A stretch of 64,000 bases of DNA from Acidimicrobiales bacterium (lineage in GTDB: Bacteria > Actinomycetota > Acidimicrobiia > Acidimicrobiales > CATQHL01): NCBI GenBank assembly GCA_965209115.1, contig CBDBQD010000002.1, positions 261,042-325,041 on the forward strand, written 5' to 3'. Both the position numbers and the translations under genes were made by a program. Under the pieces are notes generated by a model, which worked only from the letters and a program-made list of their open reading frames with translations, searched no databases and was not told where the DNA came from. Below are positions 29,901 to 37,575 of this stretch, piece by piece; the first letter of the stretch is position 1, and each line of letters starts with the position of its first letter.

Positions 29901-30669
29901 GCCGGGGAATCTGCGGGTGGTCGGGACGTCGCAGAACACCGTGAGGTTGAGTTGGGGCGCTGTGAGCCCTGTGACGAGCTACGACTATCACACCACGGAT
30001 CCGGGTTCGAATACGTGGTGGATCACCCGCGGGATTCGGGGCACGTCGTTCACGGTGCCCGGCCTGACCGCTTCGACGCAGTACCGGTTCAAGGTGCGCG
30101 CCGTGAACGGCGACCGCACGTCGGCGTGGTCGCCGTCGGTGACCGCGAGCACGGACGGAGTCGATCCTCCACCGCTCACCTCGCCGATTTCGGTCTCGGG
30201 GACGGTGTCGGTTCGGCGGATCCCGCCGCGGGGTGCCAAGGGGCTCACGCTGGAGTACTCGTTCACACCCACCGGGGGGTCGCGGATCGTTCCGACGGGC
30301 CGCTTCGTGGTGTACGCGGAGCTGGGGACGGATTGGAAGCAGTCGAGCGTCGTCGCGGGCCCCACCTCGCAGGGGACTCGGGACTTCGGGCGGATCCTGA
30401 CTCGACGCGAGAGCGCGGGCCGCGGGCGCATCGAGGTGGCTTTCCGGCCGCTCGCGGGGAACGACGTCCTGCCGAGCCCGCAGCGGTTCATCGCCTACGG
30501 CGCGATGACGCTGAACAGCTGGTACACGAGCTCGGAGATCACCTTCACGATCCCGAAGCAGTCGAGCGCCCGGGCGGAGGGCTCCGCCTCCCGTTCCGGG
30601 GACATGCTCACTGGCGAGTCGGTGGGTTGTTTGGAGTGCTTCGAGGAGGACGGCGAGATGGAGCCGTGA
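26977..30669 (+). CDS. large secreted multidomain protein 'B': Ig-like x4, PKD-like, Zn-protease-like (HExxHxxGxxD), FN3, shared C-terminal domain, acidic CxxC tail
   Basis: GTG 26977 follows RBS GGAGGGGAGGGG, by homology to gene A's start. Signal peptide LVLVCALVCAAFPASAAA. HEIGHFLGPGD at 29233-29265. Pro-rich linker, then FN3 (NLRVVGTSQNTVRLSWGAV...YRFKVRAVNGDRTSAWS). Ends GESVGCLECFEEDGEMEP*. Confidence 0.75.
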   Translation: MGGFGCLRSAGWRCVGGLVLVCALVCAAFPASAAARVSPPVASGVLSGVDVAVGAAVSVDASVGFSGSVDAYAARSSDERVVAVAVSGSVLSLRGAAAGEAHVTVQATNPAGSAWQRFAVRVEAVPPPTLRDALGDLSLHVGAAEKVDLAPLFAGSVAAYSAASGDEGVASVAVSGSVMSVTGVGAGSAAVRYTATNAGGSAGSSLTVTVAADPPAAPTVAGALAPRTVAAGSAAAVDVAASFAGVVESYEATSSDESRLTVAVAGSVVSLTALSAGAVTVTVFAANSAGSASQTFDVAVVSGLEVAAAAPAYCLTGEGRPVVVSSSAAGSAAGAGASTLGREGVASVEVAYTVSGGRGPYTVVVGVAAAGARLSLPAEGVGAVEVSCARAGVNLNDVAARANAVEAGPKTVRLAVRDADGATAAAEVTFTVAEDVYTTAYNGGTMRAGRTYVIGDPDAWALITLPAGLDLRFEGVSEVDGEFEAGYFVDTASGSLVVLDWNTGAEVHRSISSAAPPRSAGDSAAATRNVDSLFDALGASTSIPAGVVYAGSAADFSGDDWRPYEGLPADTRVMMHESMLKGDPLTVCNAATVEDFYLEDFKLKSLDGTPEGDKKRRELLKDFNEAFAAAVKDWNEALYREKEKDGTPHRVFDIVSQTGNCDGEKETSLDNADVDIIVHKRTMGTENVCDGKIGNKATECFARHHLHGLTCKYSLGCARVVIEGFPLLMQANKTYHTIVTASDSSRFRSTIAHEIGHFLGPGDYKQSCPVDGDLSIKTLYTYTKLSGCLSPLDMPIAERDKIDVHAIYHPDKLVNVRVVDGDLVGRLPLDAENNLELNAHVIVAWSRPISGGDYSYVGSFVVHTTSGSGRMRTTTLNESVADGSFEIPLGGLDPAGREFLVAGVTRGDHYRLKDDPAPWTAHWEVPAEKLGPGSWVAGHAWTLGDPATLAVPGAAPGPQPPPQPPPPPPLVDPPVPGNLRVVGTSQNTVRLSWGAVSPVTSYDYHTTDPGSNTWWITRGIRGTSFTVPGLTASTQYRFKVRAVNGDRTSAWSPSVTASTDGVDPPPLTSPISVSGTVSVRRIPPRGAKGLTLEYSFTPTGGSRIVPTGRFVVYAELGTDWKQSSVVAGPTSQGTRDFGRILTRRESAGRGRIEVAFRPLAGNDVLPSPQRFIAYGAMTLNSWYTSSEITFTIPKQSSARAEGSASRSGDMLTGESVGCLECFEEDGEMEP

Positions 30670-30733
30670 GGCCTGGCGGAGGGGGTTGTGCGGTGAGTTC
30701 GGCTGTTGCGGCGGCGGCGCGTGAGGGGGGGTC

Positions 30734-33367
30734 GTGAGGGGACTGTTTGGGGCGGCGGCGGGGCTGGTGTCGTTGTTCGCGGGGCTGTGCAGTTCGCCGG
30801 AGCCGGTGGAGGCGCCCGATTCGGCGGCGGGGGATGTCGCGCCGGCGGGCGGGTTCGTGGCAGTGAGCGTGGACGGCCGGTCGCTCGGTTGCGGTCTGCG
30901 GGCCGATGGTTCGGTGCGGTGTTGGGGTTGGGGCCCGGCGGCGGTCTCGCCGGAGGGCCGGTTCTCGGCGGTGAGCGTCGGCGGCGGCGTCGCGTGCGGG
31001 GTCCGCGGGGGCGGGGAGGTCCATTGTTGGGGCGAGGAGTCCGGGGGGCTGCTGTCGCCGCCGGCGGGGGCGTTCTCCTCGGTGAGTGTGGGCAACGGGT
31101 CGGCGTGCGGGGTGCGCGCCGGCGGGCGTGTGGCGTGTTGGGGCGGGGGGGCGTCGGGGTGGCCGGTGCCCGACGGCGGGTTCCGCATGGTGGACGTCGA
31201 CAGCGGGTCGGCGTGCGGGGTGCGCGAGGACGGCGCGGTGGTCTGTTGGGACGGATGGGGGGGTGACCCGCGTCTGGTGGTCGAAGGCCCGTTCCGGCTG
31301 GTGGACGTGTGGAGCGATGGCTTCCGGTGCGGCGTGCTGGAGAGCGGGGGGTTGGAGTGCTGGGACCGAAATGGACGCAGGTCGTGGTCGTCGCCTGCGG
31401 GCACGTTCGTGGACGTGGCTGTGAACGAGAGGTTCGCCTGCGGCGTTCGCGACAGCGGCGAAGTGGCCTGTTGGGGCCAGCGGGAGTCGGAGTTTTGCTA
31501 CTGGGGGACAGGCGAGTACTGCGGAGGCTGGGGCAACGATCCGTTGCCTGGGGGGCCGTTCACGTCGATCAGCGCCGGGCCGTGGCCGCTGGCCATGAGG
31601 GACACGCTCTGCGGCGTGCGCGCCGACGGGCGGCTGGCGTGCTGGAACGACGGGTCGCCCCGCCGCCGTCCCCCGGCCGGGGAGTTCGCGGCGGTCGACG
31701 TCGGCGAGGCGGTGTGCGGGCTGCGCCCCGGCGGCGAGGCGGTGTGCTGGGGGGCCGGCGTGGGCTGGCAGGCGGACATCCCCCCCGGGGAGTTCACGGC
31801 GGTGAGCGGTTCCCGCTCGCACGCCTGCGGGCTGCGCCCTGGGGGCGGGGTGGAGTGCTGGGGGGACAACACATGGGGGGCGGCGGCGCCGCCGCCGGGC
31901 GAGTTCGCGGCGGTCGACGTGGCGGGGCGAGTGTCGTGCGGGCTGCGCCCCGGCGGCGACGTGGAGTGCTGGGGCGAGCCATTGGGCGGCGAGGCGGAAC
32001 CGCCGGCGGGGCCGTTCGTAGCGGTGGAGGCGAGCTCGGACCATGTGTGCGGTCTGCGTCCCGGCGGCGAGGCTGAGTGCTGGGGGCCGCGGTGGGTCGA
32101 TTTGTCGCCGGTGGACGCCTTCCCTGAGCGCGATTTCGGTGCTCCGGGGTGGGGGGGCACCTATCCGGGCGGCGCGTTCCGCGCTGTCAGCGCGTCCGGT
32201 CTGGTCGCCTGCGGGATACGCCCCGCGGGGTCCGTCGAGTGCTGGAGCCCGTACTGGCCGCCGGGTCTGGGGGTTCCCGACCCCGACGACCCGTGGGGCG
32301 GCAGCGCCGTCCTGTTCGAGCCGCCCCGCCGCGGCGTGCCTCGGGAGCTGGAGTGGGTGCGGGGCGACCTGCCCGGGGGGCCCTATGTGGCGTTGGACTC
32401 GGGGTGGCAGCACACCTGCGGCTTGCGCGCCGACCGCGCCGTGGAGTGCCACGGCCCTGATGCCCGTTCGCCCGACGGCGAGTTCGCCGCCGTCGATGTC
32501 GGCCTGTGGGACGGCTGCGGGCTCCGGCCCAGCGGCGAGTTGGCCTGCTGGAACCTCAGGTGGGAGGGCTGGGCGGATTGGGTGCCGGATCTGCCGCTGG
32601 CGCCGGGCGAGCGGGTCGTCGCGCTCGATTCGGGCTCGAGCGGGGCCTGCGGACTCACCGATGCCGGCGACGTCGTCTGCGCGGTCGGAGAACGGCCGGC
32701 CGCGGAAGCCCGCGACAGCGACGTGCCCCGACGGCTCGCCGGGCCGTTCGGGAGTTTCAGCGTCGGTTCGGGAGCGCTGAGCGAGAGTTGGGACGAGGGT
32801 TTCTCCAAGCAGAGCGCCCACGTGTGCGCCGTCGGCGGCGGCGGGCTGTTGGAGTGTCGGGGCTACAACCTCAGCGGCCGGACGGCGCTGCCGCCGCCGT
32901 GGTTGGACGACCCGCCCTACCGGGCGGTGGCGGCGGGGTTCGCGCACACCTGCGCGATCGGCGCCTCCGGCGGGGTGGTGTGCTGGGGCGACGACCGCTA
33001 CGGCCAGACCGACAGCCCCGAGGGGGTGTTCACCGACGTCGGCGCCGGGCAGTGGCACACCTGCGGGTTGCGCTCCGACGGGGAGGTGGTGTGCTGGGGC
33101 GACGGCCCCGCCGATTACGACCAGCACTTCGACGACCCGCCGCCGGGAGAGATCGGTGTGCCGCCTCGGGGCCCGTTCAGTTCGCTCGCCGTGGGCGAGT
33201 GGCACAGCTGCGCGCTGCGCCCCGACGGCACCGCCGCCTGCTGGCTCAGCTACGGCCCCCAGACCTGGGCCATGTACGCCAGCGACATGGACACCGGCGA
33301 CCTGCTTCCCGGCGAGTCGGAGGGTTGTCTGGAGTGCTTCGAGGAGGACGGCGAGATGGAGCCATGA
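30734..33367 (+). CDS. secreted RCC1-like beta-propeller repeat protein B1 with acidic CxxC tail
   Basis: GTG 30734. Signal peptide AAAGLVSLFAGLC|SS. CGLRxDGxxxCWG repeats throughout. After CWLSY it continues GPQTWAMYASDMDTGDLLPGESEGCLECFEEDGEMEP*. Confidence 0.75.
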   Translation: MRGLFGAAAGLVSLFAGLCSSPEPVEAPDSAAGDVAPAGGFVAVSVDGRSLGCGLRADGSVRCWGWGPAAVSPEGRFSAVSVGGGVACGVRGGGEVHCWGEESGGLLSPPAGAFSSVSVGNGSACGVRAGGRVACWGGGASGWPVPDGGFRMVDVDSGSACGVREDGAVVCWDGWGGDPRLVVEGPFRLVDVWSDGFRCGVLESGGLECWDRNGRRSWSSPAGTFVDVAVNERFACGVRDSGEVACWGQRESEFCYWGTGEYCGGWGNDPLPGGPFTSISAGPWPLAMRDTLCGVRADGRLACWNDGSPRRRPPAGEFAAVDVGEAVCGLRPGGEAVCWGAGVGWQADIPPGEFTAVSGSRSHACGLRPGGGVECWGDNTWGAAAPPPGEFAAVDVAGRVSCGLRPGGDVECWGEPLGGEAEPPAGPFVAVEASSDHVCGLRPGGEAECWGPRWVDLSPVDAFPERDFGAPGWGGTYPGGAFRAVSASGLVACGIRPAGSVECWSPYWPPGLGVPDPDDPWGGSAVLFEPPRRGVPRELEWVRGDLPGGPYVALDSGWQHTCGLRADRAVECHGPDARSPDGEFAAVDVGLWDGCGLRPSGELACWNLRWEGWADWVPDLPLAPGERVVALDSGSSGACGLTDAGDVVCAVGERPAAEARDSDVPRRLAGPFGSFSVGSGALSESWDEGFSKQSAHVCAVGGGGLLECRGYNLSGRTALPPPWLDDPPYRAVAAGFAHTCAIGASGGVVCWGDDRYGQTDSPEGVFTDVGAGQWHTCGLRSDGEVVCWGDGPADYDQHFDDPPPGEIGVPPRGPFSSLAVGEWHSCALRPDGTAACWLSYGPQTWAMYASDMDTGDLLPGESEGCLECFEEDGEMEP

Positions 33368-33431
33368 GCCCCGGCGGCGGGGTTGCGCGGGTGGGTTCGG
33401 CTGGTGCGGCGCTGTCGTGTGAGGCGGGGCT

Positions 33432-34481
33432 GTGAGGGTTCTGTCGGTGGCGGTGTCGTTGGTGTCGTTGTTCGCGGGGCTGTGCGGCGCGCCGGAGCAG
33501 GTGGAGGCGCCGGAGCCGGCGGTGGAGGACTCGCCGGCGGCGGACGGGTTCGTGGCGGTGAGCGTCGGCGACGACTTCGGCTGTGCCCTGAGTGGGGACG
33601 GTTCGGTGCGGTGTTGGGGTCGGGGTGTGCCGGCGCCGCCGGAGGGGAGCTTCTCGGCTGTGAGCGTCAGTGCCCGGTTGGCTTGTGGAGTACAGGTCGG
33701 AGGGCAGCTGGCGTGCTGGAGTCTCTCCAGGGATCTGGATGCGGCGGCGCCGCCGGAAGGCGAGTTCTCCGCGGTGTCGGTGAGCGTAACGGGGGCTTGT
33801 GGGTTGCGTCTCGACGGTGGGGTGGCGTGTTGGGATCCCTACGGGGTCGGGGAGGAATGGTCGTCGCCGGAGGGCGAGTTCGTGGCGGTGTCGGTGGGTC
33901 CCGGGGCGGCGTGCGGCGTGCGGGTGGATGGAGCGGCGGTGTGCTGGAAGGTCAGTTCGGCAGGCTGGGTCGTCGATCCGGGTCCGTTCGTGACGCTGGA
34001 TGTGGGGACGAGTCACGGTTGCGGGATCCGGGTGGGCGGCGAGGTGGTTTGCTGGCCTCCACTGGCGCTGGGGGGCGACGCGGTGCCGGCATACGGGCAG
34101 TTGTCGCCGCCGGCGGGGACGTTCGTGGATGTGGCGGTGAACGTGTTGTTCTCGTGCGGCCTCCGCGTCGACGGCGAGGTGGTGTGCTGGGGCGCCCGTC
34201 GGCCGAACGAGTGCTACTCCGAGTGGGATGTGTGCCCGGGTTGGGCCGCGGACCCGGTTCCGCCGGGGCCGTTCGCGGCGTTTGACGTGGCGTCGGGTCG
34301 CCATGGGGTCGAAGGTACGGTCTGTGCGGTGCGCGTCGACGGGGAGGTGGTGTGTTGGGGAGAGGGGCAGCCCCGTCTGCGCCCGCCGGGCGGCGAGTTC
34401 GTGGCCGTGGACGTCGGCCGCGACGCGGTGTGTGGTCTGCGCCCCGGCGGCGAGGCGGAGTGTTGGGGTCGGGTGGATTGA
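33432..34481 (+). CDS. RCC1-like repeat protein B2 (N-terminal part of a B1-like gene, ended by in-frame TGA)
   Basis: GTG 33432. Signal peptide VAVSLVSLFAGLC|GA. Colinear with the first half of B1. Stop at 34479-34481. Confidence 0.6.
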   Translation: MRVLSVAVSLVSLFAGLCGAPEQVEAPEPAVEDSPAADGFVAVSVGDDFGCALSGDGSVRCWGRGVPAPPEGSFSAVSVSARLACGVQVGGQLACWSLSRDLDAAAPPEGEFSAVSVSVTGACGLRLDGGVACWDPYGVGEEWSSPEGEFVAVSVGPGAACGVRVDGAAVCWKVSSAGWVVDPGPFVTLDVGTSHGCGIRVGGEVVCWPPLALGGDAVPAYGQLSPPAGTFVDVAVNVLFSCGLRVDGEVVCWGARRPNECYSEWDVCPGWAADPVPPGPFAAFDVASGRHGVEGTVCAVRVDGEVVCWGEGQPRLRPPGGEFVAVDVGRDAVCGLRPGGEAECWGRVD

Positions 34482-34490
34482 CTCGGGCAG

Positions 34491-36074
34491 GTGCCCGGAG
34501 GCGTGTTCAAGGCGGTGAGCGTGGACCGTCTGCGTGCCTGCGGTCTGCGTCCGGGCGGCGAGTTGGTGTGCTGGGGGGACAACACGTGGGGTGCTGCGGC
34601 GGCGCCGCCGGGCGAGTTCGCGGCGGTCGACGTGGAGGGGCGGCTGTCGTGCGGTCTGCGTCCCGGCGGAGAGGCGGAGTGTTGGGGTGAGCCGTTTGTC
34701 GGCGGGGCGGAGCCTCCGCCGGGGCCGTCCGCCGCGATCGAGGTGCGCGATACGTGGCGAGGAGCGTACGCGTGCGGGCTGCGCGCCGACGGCGCCGCGG
34801 AGTGCTGGGGGCCGCGGTGGGTCGACGAGTCACCGGAGGACGCTTTCTCCGAGCCCGATTTCGATGGCCCGCGGTGGCGGGGGACCTATCCGGGCGGCAC
34901 GTTCAGTAGCGTCAGCTCGCGTTCATGGCTCGCCTGCGGAATCCGCCCCGCCGGGACCGTTGAGTGTTGGGGCCCGGACCTGCACCCGGGTCTCGGCGTG
35001 CCCGCCCCGGAGACTTCCGCCTTGGCCGCCGAGCGCGACCAGGGCGGCGCCCGACCTGTCGGGGTGCCTGCGGAACTGGAGTGGGTGCGGGGCGACCTGC
35101 CCGGGGGGCCTTACGTGGAGCTGAGTTCGGGTTGGTATCACACCTGCGGCGTGCGCGCTGACCGCACCGTGGAGTGCTTCGGCGCCACCGGTCGCTCCCC
35201 CGAAGGCGAGTTCACCGCCATCGACGTCGACGCTTCCGGGGTTTGCGGAGTCCGCTCGGGCGGCGGGGTGAGTTGCCGGTACCTCAGATGGGAGGGCTGG
35301 GCGGACCGGGTGCCGGATCTGCCGCTGGCACCGGGCGAGCGGGTCGCAGCCTTGGATTCCACAGCTGACGGGCTTCACGTGTTGCTCAACACCGGTGACA
35401 TCGTTCGTGTCTTCGGCTTTGAGGGCCGCCGAACCGAGCGCATCGCGGGGCCGTACGTGCTGTTCAGTGCGGGACACGGCTTGGTGGTGCATCACTGGGC
35501 GCCGCACCCCTCCGAGGAGGCCGCCCATGTGTGCGCCGTGGACGTCGGCGGGCTGTTGAAGTGTCGGGGCTACAACCTCAGCGGCCGGACGGCGCTGCCG
35601 GCGCCGTGGTTGGACGACCCGCCCTACCGGGCGGTGGCGGCGGGATTCGCGCACACCTGCGCGATCGGCGCCACCGGCGGAGTGGTGTGCTGGGGCGACG
35701 ACCGCCACGGCCAGACCGACAGCCCCGAGGGGTCCTTCACCGAGCTGGGCGCCGGGCAGTGGCACACCTGCGGGTTGCGCGACGACGGTGAGGTGGTGTG
35801 CTGGGGCGACGGCCCCGCCGATTACGAGCAGCACTTCGACGACCCGCCGCCGGGAGAGATCGGTGTGCCGCCTCGGGGCCCGTTCAGTTCCCTCGCCGTG
35901 GGCCAGTGGCACAGCTGCGCGCTGCGCCCCGACGGCACCGCCGCCGGCTGGCTCAGCTACGGCCCCCAGACCTGGGCCATGTACGCCAGCGACATGAGCG
36001 CCGGCGACCTGCTTCCCGGCGAGTCGGAGGGTTGTCTGGAGTGCTTCGAGGAGGACGGCGAGATGGAGCCATGA
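34491..36074 (+). CDS. RCC1-like repeat protein B3 (C-terminal part of the same B1-like gene, no signal peptide) with acidic CxxC tail
   Basis: Same reading frame as B2. Colinear with the second half of B1. Ends GESEGCLECFEEDGEMEP*. It may be expressed only if the TGA is bypassed or GTG 34491 is used as a start. Confidence 0.5.
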   Translation: MPGGVFKAVSVDRLRACGLRPGGELVCWGDNTWGAAAAPPGEFAAVDVEGRLSCGLRPGGEAECWGEPFVGGAEPPPGPSAAIEVRDTWRGAYACGLRADGAAECWGPRWVDESPEDAFSEPDFDGPRWRGTYPGGTFSSVSSRSWLACGIRPAGTVECWGPDLHPGLGVPAPETSALAAERDQGGARPVGVPAELEWVRGDLPGGPYVELSSGWYHTCGVRADRTVECFGATGRSPEGEFTAIDVDASGVCGVRSGGGVSCRYLRWEGWADRVPDLPLAPGERVAALDSTADGLHVLLNTGDIVRVFGFEGRRTERIAGPYVLFSAGHGLVVHHWAPHPSEEAAHVCAVDVGGLLKCRGYNLSGRTALPAPWLDDPPYRAVAAGFAHTCAIGATGGVVCWGDDRHGQTDSPEGSFTELGAGQWHTCGLRDDGEVVCWGDGPADYEQHFDDPPPGEIGVPPRGPFSSLAVGQWHSCALRPDGTAAGWLSYGPQTWAMYASDMSAGDLLPGESEGCLECFEEDGEMEP

Positions 36075-36123
36075 GCCCCGGCGGCGGGGTTGCGCGGGTG
36101 GGGCGGGCTGGTGCGGCGCTGTC

Positions 36124-36891
36124 TCAGGCCCCCATGGCGTGGTAGCCGCCGTCCACGTGCAGGATCTCCCCCGTGGTGGCGTCCAGCCAGTCCGACAGCA
36201 GCAGCACGCAGGCCCGGGCGACCGGGTCGGCGTCGTTGACGTCCCAGCCCAGCGGGGCGCGTTGGGTCCAGGCCTCCTCGAAGGCGTCGAAGCCCGGGAT
36301 CGAGCGCGCCGCCATGGTGCGCACCGGGCCCGCCGCCACGAGGTTGACGCGGATGCCCCGCGGCCCGAGGTCGCGGGCCAGGTAGCGCGCCACCGACTCG
36401 AGGGCCGCCTTCGCCACGCCCATCCAGTCGTAGACGGGCCAGGCCACGGTGGCGTCGAAGTCCAGCGCCACCAGCGACCCGCCGGAGCCCATCAGGGGTG
36501 TGACGGCGTCGGCCAGCGCCTTCAGGGAGTACGCCGATACCTCCAGGGCGACTGACACGTCCTCCCAGCCTGCGGCCATGAAGTCACCGCCGAGGCAGAC
36601 CTGGGGGGCGAAGCCGATGGCGTGCAGGGCGCCGTCCACGCCGCCCCAGCGCTCGGCCAGCGCGTCGCGCACCGCGGCGATGTGCTCGGGGCGGGTGACG
36701 TCGAGTTCCAGCACTTCGGGTGTCGGGTCCAGCTTGCGGGCGGTGCGCTCGGTGAGGCGCAGGCCACGCCCGGCACCGGTCAGGATCAACTCCGCCCCCT
36801 CGGCCGTGGCGAGTTGCGCCACCGCGAACGCGAGGGAGGCGTCGGTCAGCACGCCGGTGATCAGCAACCGCTTACCCGACAAGAGGCCCAT
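36124..36891 (-). CDS. fabI: enoyl-[acyl-carrier-protein] reductase (NADH)
   Basis: MGLLSGKRLLITGV... has an InhA-like N-terminus, and ...ILHVDGGYHAMGA is the C-terminus. The ORF extends to TTG 36900; ATG 36891 is preferred. Confidence 0.9.
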   Translation of the reverse strand: MGLLSGKRLLITGVLTDASLAFAVAQLATAEGAELILTGAGRGLRLTERTARKLDPTPEVLELDVTRPEHIAAVRDALAERWGGVDGALHAIGFAPQVCLGGDFMAAGWEDVSVALEVSAYSLKALADAVTPLMGSGGSLVALDFDATVAWPVYDWMGVAKAALESVARYLARDLGPRGIRVNLVAAGPVRTMAARSIPGFDAFEEAWTQRAPLGWDVNDADPVARACVLLLSDWLDATTGEILHVDGGYHAMGA

Positions 36892-36915
36892 CACGGTCAA
36901 GCTACCCTAGGCCCC

Positions 36916-37575
36916 ATGCGCATCGGTGTTCTGGGCGGAACCGGCCCGGCCGGGAAAGGCTTGGCCGTCCGGCTGGCGAGTGTCGGTTTCGAGGTGATCC
37001 TCGGCTCGCGTTCGAAGTACCGCGCCATGGAGGCCCGCGACAAGCTCGTGGCCGTCTGGCCCGAGCGAGGCCTGTCGATCGGCTCGGGCGACAACGAGAC
37101 GGCCGCCGGCTGCGACCTGATCGTGCTGGCGACGCCCTGGGACGCCGCCGCCGCCACCGTGCAGTCCGTCGAAGAGCACCTCGACGGCAAGGTCGTGGTG
37201 TCGATGTGCAACGCCCTGGCGAGGGTGGCGCACGAGTTCCAGCCGCTCGTGCCGCCGCGCGGCTCGGTCGCGGCGAGCATCCAGGCGGCGATTCCCAGGG
37301 CCAAGGTGGCGGCCGCTCTGCACCATGTGCCGGCCAAGGAACTCGGCGAGATCGACCACTTCGTGGACTCCGACGTGCTCATCTGCTCGGACCACCCCGA
37401 CGCCACCGAGGCAACGGCGGACGTCGTCGCCCAGGTCCCGGACCTCCGGCCGCTGGATGCCGGTGAGCTGTCCAACGCGGCGCCCATCGAGGCGTTCGCC
37501 GCCGTGCTGTTGCAGTTGAACCACCGCTACAAGACCCGCGTGGCGCTGCGCTTCACGGGGCTGAACGAGGAGTGA
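36916..37575 (+). CDS. npdG: NADPH-dependent F420 reductase
   Basis: MRIGVLGGTGPAGKGLAVRLASVGFEVILGSRS, about 219 aa, a typical NpdG/FNO layout. Confidence 0.8.
   Translation: MRIGVLGGTGPAGKGLAVRLASVGFEVILGSRSKYRAMEARDKLVAVWPERGLSIGSGDNETAAGCDLIVLATPWDAAAATVQSVEEHLDGKVVVSMCNALARVAHEFQPLVPPRGSVAASIQAAIPRAKVAAALHHVPAKELGEIDHFVDSDVLICSDHPDATEATADVVAQVPDLRPLDAGELSNAAPIEAFAAVLLQLNHRYKTRVALRFTGLNEE

Noticed and set aside
30000-30015. tRNA-like GGTTCGAAT T-loop string
   Set aside because: It lies inside the FN3 coding region of protein B, with no acceptor or anticodon arms around it. No tRNA or rRNA genes were found in the window.
12139-36123. Diversity-generating retroelement or programmed antigenic-variation system
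   Set aside because: There is no reverse transcriptase, no template/variable repeat pair with A-specific differences, and no recombinase or invertase gene in the locus. The observed features fit ordinary duplication and gene conversion.
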